DNA of 64,000 nucleotides from Eledone cirrhosa (GCA_964016885.1 OZ024745.1:47554001-47618000); one strand, 5' to 3'; positions 42,301-52,024 are shown, counted from the stretch's first letter. Numbers and translations are program-made. The notes: generated by a model not told the origin, from the letters alone.

Positions 42301-44068
42301 ACAATATTGTGAAAACATTATGGTGGAGAACAGCCAGCTATACCCACTGCAGCAGCCATTCCACATTGCAGGTCTCCTTCTTCGGGTGTAGTGCCCTTGT
42401 CTTTAATTATATTTAACATTCAGAAAACCTGGACTGGAATGCTGTGGAGATACAGCAACTCAGAGTACAATGGTGACTGATATGACTGACATTGGAGGTA
42501 AAATAGTAGAAATCACAGTGTTAGGATTGCTTGAAATAATTGTTTCTAACATAGGCACAAGGTCAAAATGTTGGGGTAAGGGTTTAGTTGCTTATAACAA
42601 GCTGATTAATTCTGTAGTCTTGTGCTTCAGCTTCTTTCTAATTCTCATATTCTTGAATCTCAGATATTTATCACATCTAAAATCCAGCATAACCAAATTT
42701 TCCTCTCTACATACCAATATAACTTAATGATTATATTCTATTTTTCTTCTTATTTTTTTAATCTTTTATCCAGATGATGAAAGTTAATTGCGACACTGCA
42801 GAAGAATATTTCTTGCAGCAAATTATCAAAGACAAACTAATGGGCGTCCATTCTGTGAATCATCCTAAATGTAAGGGTAACATTCTCATTCAGTTGACAA
42901 TAGAGTTACGACAGATCAAAGAAGAATTAGCTAATGCAGGTAAGCATGATTCTTTTATTTGAATAGATTTTCGAGTGGGGGCGGGGGGGGGGGGGGGGGG
43001 GGCTGTTGTCATTTGTATGGAGCATTATTAAATAGAGTTGGGTGACTCGTTGATATAATTTGGATCTTGATGGCATCTAACCCTCATTCTTGGGAGACTA
43101 CAGACATCAAATTATGCAATAGTAGTACATACAGACAAACAAACATTTACATATGGTTTTTTTTCTCAGACTTTTCTTCAGGTACTCCTGCCATGCTTTC
43201 TGACCAATCAGAGCTTTCTTACAACCAAGCCACTGATCAGCAGCAACAAATTAATGAAATTACAGCAGAAATTGTACCCCCCAAATTTTCTTTGGGCAGT
43301 GTAGGGAAACATTCCAGCAAAGGTACATATTTTAAATCAAAATAGTCAAAAATGATGATGGTTTTAGTGAAATAACTAACTTTTAACTTAATTTATTATA
43401 AATATTTAACTAATGAAATGTAATATTATCTGTCATGTAATAATAAGATTTCAGTCCAAAATTTTAATTTAAGTTTGAACACTTTAATAGAACTGGTTTT
43501 GGGCTGATTGGTGTTTAACCCTTTAGCATTTACATTACTCTATATTTACTACTGTATTTTCATGGTAAAGACTTTATCTCACATAATATCTATGAGATTT
43601 TTATATTATTTATTTTGAGAACAATACCTTAACATCAGTATGAATAGCTGGTTACAGCTGGTTTTAACAGAAAGAGGTGAGAGAATTCTGGATGGATATG
43701 TCCGGTTTAAATGCTAAAGGGTTAAAAGAATAAAAGTGTAATTTTCTGCATGATGCTATGTAGATATGGCTGTGCACATAAAATATCTGGAATTGATAGA
43801 GAGGAACAAAGCGGATATGATTTGATGAAAGTGTAGTACCTACCCAGCTCATAAAGCTGGAGCTCAATCTACTACAGGCATTTTGTGCCACCAGAAACAT
43901 GTCAAAATGGGCTGTTAATTTCATCTCTTATGGGTATATTTACCATATTTTCTTTGGTTTGATCTCCAATTTTCATTTCCTCTCTCATCCTTGACTATGC
44001 ACACCGTCCCAGAGAGAAATAATACTCTTTGTAACAATTTGAGATCAAATAATTCATAACATAGTGTA

Positions 44069-44112
<44 letters not shown>

Positions 44113-44306
44113 AAAAGAGTCAGAATCCCGATGGCCGAGCTCAAGCCGTTTCGACAGCTATTTCTGGACTCAGAAATAGCTGTTGAAATGGCTTAAGCTC
44201 TGCCATCGGGATTCTGACTCTTTTCCTGTTACCCACTCTACTACTCAAAGTATCGAGTACTCTGGTCCGTTATGGTCCACCTGGTTCCTTACCACACTTC
44301 TTTCGT

Positions 44307-44337
<31 letters not shown>

Positions 44338-47300
44338 ATGATGATGATATATATATATTCTAAGAGTCTGATAATCTAGTGTCATTCTTTTAACAACCTT
44401 AACTATGGAACAAATTAATCATAACAGTGTGTGTATATATGTGCATGTGTGTATATGTTTGTATATGTGTGTGTAATGTAAATTTATATATTCTGAAGGT
44501 CTATAATATTATTCTGCTAATCTAATGTTATGCTTTTAACATCCTTAACTATGGAACAAAATTGAAGTGATGATTAACATTTTTAACATAATGAAACATA
44601 ATACAGAGTGAGTCATAAATAACCAGGAAGCCCAACATTTTTATTCTAAATGATAAAATTTACTAAATTTCTGGTCATACATTACGAAATTATAAATACA
44701 TCAAACACAAGTAGTTAAAAAATATAACCATGGCTGATCACTCACAAATAAGTGGATATTCAAAAAGTTATCTGTGAATGTAGCAATAAAAATGCATTGA
44801 CTGTCCAGTTACTTATGACTCACACTGTTTTGTTATTTTCATGAATTGTGGTTTTCTGTGAAGCCTTATTTTTCTCAATCACATAAGACACACATGCCTC
44901 ACTGGCAACACAACATCACTTCATAGCTTTTCATTTGGAGCCAGAATTGTTCTTTGGTGAAGTATCTAAATACGTTATGATGATTTTTGTTGGGTTTTTT
45001 CCCCATAATTTTCTTCTGTTCAGATTTTCATGAAGAAACAAGAATTCAATTTTTAACATTTATTCTTTCTTTCTTTAAATTCATTGTCTTGCCCAGGTTC
45101 CACTGTATTTTCTCAGTCCAGTTCCAGTAGCAGCACACCATTTAAAACTGCAACAACAATCAATTCAAGTGCTGGCAGTGGAAGCCCTTTGATAAGTACA
45201 AGTAAGAAATCAACCCGCAGAATCAGTGCTAAGGATGGTAGCCGTATCTTAGACAAGTTTGAACGCAAAAACACGATAGTAGATGATCCTTCACCAGGTA
45301 GAGTAATTTGCTATTTATATTTCATATCTAACTTAGAATTCACTATCATCATCATCATTATCTCACATCTGTTTTCCATGCTGGTATGGGTTGGACTAGA
45401 AAAGTCAGAAAACCACAATTTGCTTATATGTTCCATATATTGGCATAGTTTCTATAGCTGGATGTCTTTCCCAATGTCAACCACTGTACAGTGTGTACTG
45501 AATGAGTTTTTACAGAATTGTACTAAAGATAGGATGAATATGTAGCCATAAATTATACACAACACAATAGTTATACTCAAATAGAAAAATATAAATTAGC
45601 TCTACCATATACTGAATCAAATGTAAAAATGAAAAACATGTATAGAATTTTGGAGTTGTTCTTGTTTTGGAAGGGATTTTATTAAGATTGTATGTGGCAG
45701 CTGAAACAATTAAATTATTGTAGAGTCATACATTTAAAGTATACATATACTGCTGTATATATTCACTTTTGTTTCATTTCTAATAGTATTATATATTATT
45801 CTTTCATTGGTTTTACATCCATTTTCCCATGCTGGCATAAGGTAGGCAAAAGTCAGAACTTACCCTCGTTTCATTCAGTGTTAAGTGACTAAGAGCAGGT
45901 CCATCACTAGGCTTTGCTGCTTTGTAGGGCTTCATATTTTGACTGGGCACTGTAATTCACAATAATTCTAAGGTTAACCATTGCTGCTGCTAGTATTCAT
46001 TTTCAGCTTAGTCGACTGGATTGATGGAAAATGAAAAGTCTTGCTCAAGGACACCACATGCTACCTTGTCCAGAGATCAAAACTATGACTTTACAATCAC
46101 AAGACCAGCATCCTTTTACTCTATATTATCAAAGTCTTTCGTTATACATCTACATCTTAGTAACTGCTAATGTATGCCTTTGTGCCTCACAGAATACAGT
46201 AAAATATTGAATGCAGCATGGCCAAATGATTTAAGAAGTTCACTTCATAATCATGAGGTCCTGAATTTGACTTTACTGTATGGCATCTTGGGCAAGTGTC
46301 TTTTACTATAGTCTCAGATTGACCAGTGCCTTGTTAGTGAAATTTAGTAAAAAGGAACTGAGCAGAAACCAATCAGATGGATTGTACTTATAATTCAAAG
46401 ATCCAGCCTTGTTACATACTGTTTCAAGTTGATTCTACTAGATTGCAGTAGGGTTTCATGCCTCTGTGAAATACTTGACATCTTAGAGGTTAAGTCAATG
46501 TATAGGCGCTTTAGTTAATACAACAACTGACCACTTATTGTCAAAATTGACAGAGGTCCATTTACAGGAGAATAGATATGTAATAATATATAATAGTATA
46601 AAAGTGAATATAACAGCATATTTGTATTCTTAAGGGTTATATCAACTTTATATTCATTTAAAATAATCCCCTTGACAGAATGGACAAAATAAATACATAA
46701 CCAAAGACAAACTGTGAATAAGTTAAAATGCCATTTCTTCAGAAATGAAATGTTTAAAATCTAAAAGAAAGCTTAGTAAGGAGTATTCCATTTTTTTTAT
46801 TTCAATTCGTTTTTCAGAACCACCTGAAACTACCTCACCCAAGTTACAACGACAGTCTACAATATGTTTTCATGCTCGCCAAGGAAGCCCTAGTAGAACT
46901 TCTCAACCAGCTGGTATTGTCTTTGAAAATGAATGCCCTGAAGGTCAAGTAAATGGTGCAGGTATTATTATATTTGTCATATTTGTAAATCCCAGGTGGC
47001 AAAGAATTAAACAGTTTCTCTATCAAAGCTTTCTTTTGTCAAGTGGCATAAGTTTGTAATATATGAGAGATGGCTAAAAGTTGTCCTTTTTGTTTTAGTT
47101 CATTTTGTTTTTTAGACAAAACATCATGTTGATCAGTGATTATATCTTTGATAATAACATAATCCATGGCTTCATAATGCAGACATTGCATTCAAAACAT
47201 AGCACAAAGTAAGGTAGCATCTAGTAACTCCATTTAGTTGAGTGATTTCCTTTACAAAAATATCATGTTCATCTCTGCTTTCATTTATACAATATCATAA

Positions 47301-47691
47301 AAGAAATTTGCAGATATGACTGTTGATTCAATGCCTAAATATTTGTCTACTCTCCACAGTAACCGGAGCAATGACCGATGAAGAAGGCTCTGTAGATGTT
47401 TCAAGCCATGATCCTGCCAAACATCGTCTGCAGAGACAAGATGCAAAGAGTCGCAAAACTTTCAAAATTAAAAAGAAAACCAAAACCAGTATGAGACAGC
47501 TTATTTCTCGGCGTGGTTTACAAGACCAGGGAGATGGCGAAATAGTTGCTTTACACCAAGGATCCCCGACCCATGGACCCCTCAGTTCAACATTTGGTCC
47601 AGATGCCCAAACATTACAGTTACGTCGAACTGGAGCTGGTGCACCAATAGCGAAATCGGTTGAAATTATTCCAGAAGCTGTTGAAGTAAAG
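1..47691 (+). CDS. UNC80: unc-80 homolog (NALCN channel complex subunit), C-terminal part, multi-exon; gene begins upstream of window
   Basis: 28 exons with AG/GT boundaries join in consistent phase with no stop. Peptides match my recollection of UNC80, e.g. KIIVHGP..PSQFPIQEDTKF, FLHEEFMKLPTFPRKALEAEF, IMPTILRVYS..FYVLHRKPFILQ, EKPLKALDFCY, LLKLAPYDP, LWNFLDFIVTYR. Confidence 0.92.
356..452 (+). CDS. UNC80: unc-80 exon: DTKFSQILTDSLDFFNIPEDQHNSYFIVDTKS
   Basis: tttcag| ... A|gtaagg, phase 0->1. Confidence 0.9.
1207..1328 (+). CDS. UNC80: unc-80 exon: HMHNLNSYVRDFYFFHRNIYPQLSLVHMNPDAAFQSLQKQ
   Basis: ttccag| ... CAG|gtacat, phase 1->0. Confidence 0.9.
2111..2188 (+). CDS. UNC80: unc-80 exon: AFVLKFVEFGKVLFSNAVLQSTQSHQ
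   Basis: ttacag| ... CAG|gtaaca, phase 0->0. Confidence 0.9.
2721..3774 (+). mobile_element. RTE-clade LINE, 5'-truncated copy (ORF C-terminus, 3' UTR, (ATG)n tail)
   Basis: ORF 2804..3244 (FRYLG, MLHGSETW, RLRWYGHV) is nearly the reverse complement of 8156..9358; ends in (gat)n. Confidence 0.9.
3907..4014 (+). CDS. UNC80: unc-80 exon: LQNHVSFLHEEFMKLPTFPRKALEAEFNLYCGNWGK
   Basis: ttttag| ... AAG|gtttgg, phase 0->0. Confidence 0.9.
4654..4698 (+). CDS. UNC80: unc-80 exon: ELYGMDTLHKYSWVK
   Basis: pyrimidine tract + aag| ... AAA|gtgagt, phase 0->0. Confidence 0.88.
5603..5810 (+). mobile_element. tRNA-type SINE copy (abundant family in this window)
   Basis: ctgagttc(a)aatcc B-box-like motif followed by gtcaactttgcctttcatcc...aaataaagtaccagt, shared with more than 15 copies in the window; ends approximate. 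Confidence 0.7.
5868..6052 (+). CDS. UNC80: unc-80 exon: LINTMFSSMSKTFNWSNDLPLFLNVLNG...FKHIFSTSG
   Basis: ttccag| ... GG|gtatgt, phase 0->2. Confidence 0.92.
6605..6734 (+). CDS. UNC80: unc-80 exon: FLHIMPTILRVYSNNQPNTVLCKAIEFTCRQFYVLHRKPFILQ
   Basis: cttag| ... CAG|gtaatg, phase 2->0. Confidence 0.93.
6955..7023 (+). CDS. UNC80: unc-80 exon: TFGSTAPILDMDSCITRVFDCNK
   Basis: ttccag| ... AAG|gtaaca, phase 0->0. Confidence 0.88.
7840..8130 (+). mobile_element. non-LTR retrotransposon fragment (RTE-like ORF C-terminus, different family)
   Basis: YGSETCTL..DGCYTRMLRMAL..RRLRLAGH peptide with in-frame stop. Confidence 0.65.
8156..11203 (-). mobile_element. RTE-clade LINE, 5'-truncated, frameshifted ORF (end of APE domain, RT, PHD-like Cys-rich segment)
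   Basis: minus-strand ORF pieces: SQVDYIL (APE end), KAAGPSEI, FVDLEKAFDRV, HQGSVLSPLLF, LLYADDL at about 9635-9660, CSVC..CPKC..HKRC..CGRC; (CAT)n tail at 8156; tandem duplication inside the 3' UTR (about 8255-8560). Confidence 0.92.
11354..11461 (+). CDS. UNC80: unc-80 exon: IQPECLFKIILDIGHSVSDNLDILDLVTGEKPLKAL
   Basis: ttccag| ... CTA|gtaagt, phase 0->0. Confidence 0.9.
12492..12602 (+). CDS. UNC80: unc-80 exon: DFCYESDSGNFDMVDVVNMCVTVIAYSPDSFRSYQML
   Basis: gtgtag| ... TTG|gtaagt, phase 0->0. Confidence 0.9.
13464..13621 (+). CDS. UNC80: unc-80 exon: IILEVVVPRYLKHLKEG...ALINSCEIFTR
   Basis: tcacag| ... AG|gtacaa, phase 0->2. Confidence 0.9.
13995..14570 (+). mobile_element. degenerate Tx1/L1-like LINE fragment (RT piece plus 3' end)
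   Basis: VCQVCPLSFLLYVL (QGCPLS-like) and SAYADNVTV motifs; the 3' part resembles 22500-22660. Confidence 0.6.
14605..14733 (+). CDS. UNC80: unc-80 exon: NMSIPQRHMEVVNASMKPMQNHTNFSTQTSGYYYDDKEESHA
   Basis: tggcag| ... AG|gtctgc, phase 2->2. Confidence 0.82.
14800..15010. mobile_element. TTAA-flanked MITE (piggyBac-like termini)
   Basis: TTAA-CCCTTTT ... AAAAGGG-TTAA; same family at 52274..52725 and 59179..59398, with many partial copies. Confidence 0.7.
16138..16357 (+). CDS. UNC80: unc-80 exon: RAGEDGRKKGYVPDDDVDAKQEFRKPRDTLL...PELFDSKTHN
   Basis: tttcag| ... AAT|gtaagt, phase 2->0. Confidence 0.9.
17105..17184 (+). CDS. UNC80: unc-80 exon: RLAEIAHTLLKLAPYDPYSISCPGLQ
   Basis: tttcag| ... 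AG|gtatgt, phase 0->2. Confidence 0.92.
17238..17440 (-). repeat. copy of hammerhead-bearing repeat family A with a mutated core (GAAA->AAAT)
   Basis: aligns by eye to 60778-60997; sits next to a (TA)n tract. Confidence 0.7.
18190..18313 (+). CDS. UNC80: unc-80 exon: YMVHVLPITDWSQEQIRPALILILRRLDRLFSKVSKKLLVR
   Basis: ccttag| ... AGG|gtaagt, phase 2->0. Confidence 0.92.
19258..19272 (+). CDS. UNC80: candidate 15-nt microexon (QGCHE)
   Basis: ttttattgcactgtgcttcag|CAAGGATGTCATGAG|gtaagg; phase 0/0 inside a phase-0 intron. Confidence 0.5.
20840..22660 (+). mobile_element. heavily degenerate Tx1/L1-like LINE remnant
   Basis: higher-GC block; tcagcttatgtagatgttgtc (SAYVDVV, YADD-like) at 21001; similar to 13995-14570; boundaries approximate. 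Confidence 0.5.
24624..25939 (-). mobile_element. mariner transposon, degenerate
   Basis: TIRs tgaggtacactcaagaggttt / aaacttcttgagtgtacctca with TA on both flanks; transposase remnant VTCDKSWVYCYDPETKRQSAQW. Confidence 0.9.
27901..27940 (+). CDS. UNC80: unc-80 exon: RQIDWEAAANLLK
   Basis: ttccag| ... G|gtaagc, phase 0->1. Confidence 0.88.
28348..28403 (+). CDS. UNC80: unc-80 exon: GVYLTLRKHSFIAHLAHLK
   Basis: ttttaag| ... AAG|gtaaca, phase 1->0. Confidence 0.88.
32159..32341 (+). CDS. UNC80: unc-80 exon: TLINVLIGLILSGS...FCSAVIKLVAMQMQVLG
   Basis: ttttag| ... GGG|gtaaat, phase 0->0. Confidence 0.9.
32487..32610 (+). CDS. UNC80: unc-80 exon: EQFSLEQIFGGMSVF...DFILPLCIRTGYGRR
   Basis: aatcag| ... 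G|gtaagt, phase 0->1. Confidence 0.9.
33170..33345 (+). mobile_element. tRNA-type SINE copy
   Basis: well-preserved copy; near-identical to 40077-40260 (-) and 40810-40983 (+). Confidence 0.75.
33670..33888 (+). CDS. UNC80: unc-80 exon: SPRLLHADIRYALSVVLHALNPP...EQTAYL
   Basis: ctccag| ... G|gtgagt, phase 1->1. Confidence 0.9.
34307..35522 (+). mobile_element. Tc1/mariner superfamily DD37D (maT-type) transposon, frameshifted
   Basis: TIRs cagggtgtggacgatatttgttcgcaa / ttgcgaacaaatatcgtccgcaccctg; TA TSD; FSNEKNF (first D->N); QQD...SPDCNPLD with 37 residues between the Asp residues. Confidence 0.92.
35525..35850 (+). mobile_element. short LINE RT N-terminal fragment
   Basis: EEVNNALKAMKSGKTPGLD..IVPISKKCNL peptide. 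Confidence 0.55.
36598..36693 (+). CDS. UNC80: unc-80 exon: LQVLMVCFDNTLAAEWHHVAKYIMDISTKTR
   Basis: tatcag| ... G|gtaagt, phase 1->1. Confidence 0.9.
37965..39268 (-). mobile_element. mariner (DD34D) transposon, nearly intact, frameshifted near 38510
   Basis: TIRs cgagg(g)n-tcaaaaagtt / aactttttgatccccccgccctcg; TA flanks; WVPK, ITGDETW, HDNAPAH, YSPDLAPSDF with D34D spacing. Confidence 0.93.
40077..40260 (-). mobile_element. tRNA-type SINE copy
   Basis: reverse complement of 40810-40983. Confidence 0.75.
40810..40983 (+). mobile_element. tRNA-type SINE copy
   Basis: ggcagtattggcaga...ctgagttcaaatcc...gcctttcatcc...aaaagtagaaacaatt. Confidence 0.75.
41914..42002 (+). CDS. UNC80: unc-80 exon: SLSLWNFLDFIVTYRPSIFLLLQPFIQFK
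   Basis: ttgcag| ... AAG|gtaaaa, phase 1->0. Confidence 0.92.
42774..42939 (+). CDS. UNC80: unc-80 exon: MMKVNCDTAEEYFLQQIIKDKL...RQIKEELANA
   Basis: atccag| ... G|gtaagc, phase 0->1. Confidence 0.9.
43170..43322 (+). CDS. UNC80: unc-80 exon (disordered tail): FSSGTPAMLSDQSEL...GKHSSK
   Basis: tctcag| ... G|gtacat, phase 1->1. Confidence 0.8.
43519..43721. mobile_element. TTAA-flanked MITE, second family
   Basis: TTAA-CCCTTTAGCATTTA ... TAAATGCTAAAGGG-TTAA. Confidence 0.75.
44602..44828. mobile_element. MITE with terminal inverted repeats
   Basis: acagagtgagtcataaataac / gttacttatgactcacactgt. Confidence 0.55.
45097..45297 (+). CDS. UNC80: unc-80 exon (Ser/Thr-rich tail): STVFSQSSSSS...TIVDDPSP
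   Basis: gcccag| ... G|gtagag, phase 1->1. Confidence 0.8.
46818..46961 (+). CDS. UNC80: unc-80 exon: PPETTSPKLQRQSTICF...GQVNGA
   Basis: tttcag| ... G|gtatta, phase 1->1. Confidence 0.8.
47360..47691 (+). CDS. UNC80: unc-80 exon: TGAMTDEEGS..KHRLQRQDAKSRKTFKIKKK...PEAVEVK
   Basis: ccacag| ... AAG|gtatct, phase 1->0; the HRLQRQ..SRKTF motif recalls invertebrate UNC80 tails; donor choice less certain. Confidence 0.8.
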
Positions 47692-47814
47692 GTATCTTTT
47701 GTTATAAAACAATATTTTATCTTCACCTTCATAGCTCGTTACATTTAAAGAAGGAATGCTCTAATTTTGCATACATAATTTGAAGCATGTGAATGACATC
47801 ATTTTTACATGTGT

Positions 47815-47884
<70 letters not shown>

Positions 47885-48085
47885 ATATACACATTCATAT
47901 ATATATATACATATTTATGTATATGTACATATATGTATATATATGTACATATATATGTATATATGTATGCATATATATTAATATATATAAAGAATGATGT
48001 GCTCATGCATGGAGATACTACAAAATAGCTTATAAAATAGGGTGAAAACCCTTTATAAACACACACACACACACACACATATATT

Positions 48086-48119
<34 letters not shown>

Positions 48120-48267
48120 CACATCATTCTTTAGCAGCTTCTTTTTCTGTATTTAAAGGATCTTCTCTCTATTTTATAAGCTATTTTATAGCATTTCCAT
48201 GCATGAGCATATCATTCTTTATATTGACTTAATTTTCTCAGCCCTTTGTAAAAGTCCAAGAGATTGG

Positions 48268-48269
<2 letters not shown>

Positions 48270-48321
<52 letters not shown>

Positions 48322-48354
48322 ACACACCCACACACCCACACACCCACACACCCA

Positions 48355-48388
<34 letters not shown>
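48270..48388. repeat. (CA)n / CACACC microsatellite
   Basis: directly visible; one of many (TA)n and (CA)n tracts. Confidence 0.95.
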
Positions 48389-48392
<4 letters not shown>

Positions 48393-49166
48393 AATGAAAG
48401 GTATAGAAAGTATTGTAGCAAGAAGCCAACAGTATTCCATAATATATAAGTGACTATAGTGTCAAAATGGGATATATATATATATAGTTAATTTCACAAT
48501 AATTACCAAACCATACTTGAGAACATGTGTTTCACCTAAAGAGGATTATCAAATCATGTATGGTTATGATGTGAGCCTCTTCCGCACAGAATCCATCCAG
48601 TTCAAAATACTTCCACTCACATCATAACCATACATGATTGATTTGATAATCCTCTTGAACCGTGTTCTCAAGTATGGTTTGGTTATTGTTGTGAAATTAA
48701 CTCTATACCCAACTCGTCCTTTGGACTGGGTGCTCTACCAACTTTGGATATAACCTTCTGATTTTTCCCTACACTATATATTGACAACATCCTCGCTCCC
48801 TTAGTCGCCGGCTTCCTCTCTCACATCCGTGACACCAATCATTCTCTTTGACTTTTCAACTCCGTCTTCTTCTCTCCTGGCCCCTCTCACCTTCTCTTCA
48901 CCTTGGGCATCACCTTTTTCTACACTGTCATACTTCAGGATGACGGCCTCCGTGCTCTCTGACACTTTTTGGGCTTACGCTCTATATCAAATATACAATG
49001 ATTACCTCCCTTCTTAAACCTCTCTAATGCTTAAGATACCCCTTGACCCACAAATCTCCAAAATGGCTGACTGAATACGCATGTGGGTTTTTTCTTCTCA
49101 TTTTTTTTCCATTCCTTCTTCCTCTCACTCTTTATCTTTCTATTTTATCTTTTGTTTCTAATTCTA

Positions 49167-49202
49167 TCTTCTGATGAAGGACTAGTCTCCGAAACGTTAA
49201 GA
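49167..49202 (+). ncRNA. minimal type I hammerhead ribozyme motif, family A
   Basis: tctt-CTGATGA-a-gg(actagtct)cc-GAAA-cg-TT-aaga: 4-bp stem I, palindromic AACGTT stem III. Confidence 0.7.
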
Positions 49203-49324
49203 CTCTTTTCCTGTTATTTCAAGCGTTAAACTAATATATTTCTTCAATGTATTGTGTTGTACGCTTCATTATTTCTGCTTACTTTTTACACATACACACA
49301 CACACACACATATTTCTATGTATG

Positions 49325-49396
<72 letters not shown>

Positions 49397-51772
49397 ACAT
49401 ATTCAACCATACAACAATATATGCATGAGTAGTTGTATCTGTCACAATCATTCTCTTGATGCAATTCATAATCATGCTATATTGATATATTTAATATGTT
49501 TTGTTCAGATTTTATTATTATCATTATTATTATTATTATTATGCTGATTAATAGATCACCTATTGTACAGACCCCAGGGAGGTGCATTACTGAACTTTGA
49601 AGGATTGCAATTTCATACAAATTTATATAATCCAATTAGATATATAATAATTTCCTCTGAACAATAAATATAGCACTAAACATCTTTGCTGCGTAACAAC
49701 ATTGTGGAAATATGAAAAGCGGTGGAGAGGGTTGGGCAGTGTAGTAAATAATGCAGGCTTAGTAACTTTCATTCTGTGATCAAAGCAAGTGTCAAAAATT
49801 AGGTTTATCACCTTCCCAAACTGTAAGTTAAGATTATTTTATATGGGTGATTGAGGTGCATAACTGGGAGAAAAAAAACTACACACTGTAGAGCTAGTCT
49901 AGAGTGTTAAATACTCAGGTACTGGCACTGACTATATCAATAGTCAAACATTACTATATAAGATGTTTAGTGAATGCTAATTGTCGAAACTGAAGAAGAA
50001 TCCAGCGTGTTTTATTTATAAAATCAAACTTGAAAATTGTGTAAAATCTATCCTGTCTTAAAATTACTTATATTTAATAGTTATGTTTAAATTGAAGAAA
50101 ATTCAGGCTCTGAACTAAATTCTAATTTTGAACTGTGTTAAGGCTGACATATATATCTAAAATATTAAGCAATATAAATATGGCTAAAATATATGTCCAG
50201 CATATGACTAGTATATATGATTAGCATATATGATTAAAATATTAACCAATATGAATATAAAAATAATTTTAACTGGTGTTTGGAAAAAATAGTATACATC
50301 CAGTAAATTTTAAAAAATAAAATATCTGAAGACAGAAAGAATTAGATCACTCAACAGTTCAACACCACAATTGTCATGTCACTACCACCACTGCATCACT
50401 AGTATCATCACCATCATTGCTATCACTGTCATCATCATCATTACTACCAACACTACCACCATTATATATTTGCTTAGCTATATTTTATAATCATGGTGTC
50501 ATTTTGTTAAAAACACAAAATATTCCCAATTTACTTCTTATTTTCTTTTCTTTACCAAGTAATATTTCCATATTTGAAATGACTTTTCTTTCTGAATCAT
50601 ACTTCTTTTTGGAATTACCACATGTTAGAAACTTTGTCAGATAATGATGTGTGATCTAAACAACACATTTTGTTTTCCTTCCTTCAGCTTACATAACATT
50701 TTCTTTGGTTTTATTTTTTTTTTATTTAATTGTGTTTACTTGTTTTTATTAAAATAGTTTTAAGTTAGTTTATTGAAAAATGTTTAGAAGAATATTTGTT
50801 TTCTAACAAAATAATTAGCACATATTAATATGCATCTTCAGCTGTGTCAAAGACATGACAACCTCCCTAGTGCTGATTATGTACATGATAAATGCATCCA
50901 GTACACTCTGTAAAGTGGTTCGTGGAAAGAAGGGCATCCAACTGTAGAAAATCTAAAGGAGTCTTCAGCTGTGAAAAGACATGACAACCTCCCAATGCAT
51001 TCAGTAGAATGCAGGACTGTATGTAAGCAAGTTACAGACTCCAAGTATTCTCTAACCCAGCATCCTTAGTTGTTTTAATCCAGCCCTGGGTGCCAAAGTA
51101 AATGTTTAATTGTATTTAAGTATGTCTCTTTGAGTTCTGAATTCAAAACCTATCTAAAGTTAACTTCGTTGTTCAAGCACCAGGTCAGCCATGATCACGC
51201 AGACCTAGAATTAAAGCTTTTAACATCCTGTAATTTCTTTTTTTTTTTTTCTTTTTTTTTGACAATATATCTACTACTATATTTTCCAATGTGTCCTTGT
51301 TTATCTAAGACAGCAATAAAAGTTGGTTGGTATTTCTAGTAAAGGGAGTTACCTCATCAGTATGTCCTCTTTTGCTTGTCCTTCTGGTGTTGATAAAAAG
51401 AGTATCATTTATATACTGATATCTGTTCAATCCAGACTCTTCACCAGGCTTTGGAACATTTGGGGGGGGGGGTTAATTCACAATAATTCTAAGATGGAGT
51501 CTGGGAATAAACATGTCAACGTATATTTTCTTAAATCTGAGAGTGCACCATTGAAAAGTGGGTGGGGTGTGTGTAGTATCACCCAGTGCCACCCTACCCA
51601 AACCCACCCCAATGCCACCTTGCCTCTAGTTGACAGGCCCAGTTTAATCACCTGTACATGTCTTGCTCATACAGAACAGTTTCTGGCTTGGTTTCTATGG
51701 TTAGATACCCTTCCTAATGCCACATTTACAGTGTGAACTGGGTGCTTTTTTTGTCATTGTTCTTGTTGTTAT

Positions 51773-51921
51773 TATTATTGCTACTACTTCTACTTCCACC
51801 ACCACAACTGCTACTACCATCATTACTACTACTTCTACTTCTACCACTTCTACTACTACCACTACTGCTGCTGCTGCTGCTACTATTGCTATTGTTACTC
51901 CTGCTATTACTAATACTAATA
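51773..51921. repeat. trinucleotide low-complexity tract (ACT/GCT/ATT)
   Basis: directly visible. Confidence 0.9.
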
Positions 51922-51977
51922 TTTTGTTACTATAACAAAATTTCCTTTTTTTTACTAATGGATTATTCTTATTTCAG

Positions 51978-52024
51978 AAGAGGCATTCTTTCCAAAAATA
52001 AGTGACATTGTCTCCATTGTGTAA
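51978..52024 (+). CDS. UNC80: candidate terminal coding exon of unc-80 (KRHSFQK* in phase 0, or EAFFPKISDIVSIV* in phase 1)
   Basis: acceptor cttatttcag followed by UTR-like sequence; reading frame unresolved. Confidence 0.35.

Noticed and set aside
47761-49547. Numerous ORFs rich in YI/HT/CV dipeptides (also at 27568-27996, 57266, 60647)
   Set aside because: They are translations of (TA)n and (CA)n microsatellites.
51717-52005. Poly-Thr/Ala and poly-Leu ORFs
   Set aside because: Trinucleotide low-complexity tract with no splice or homology support.
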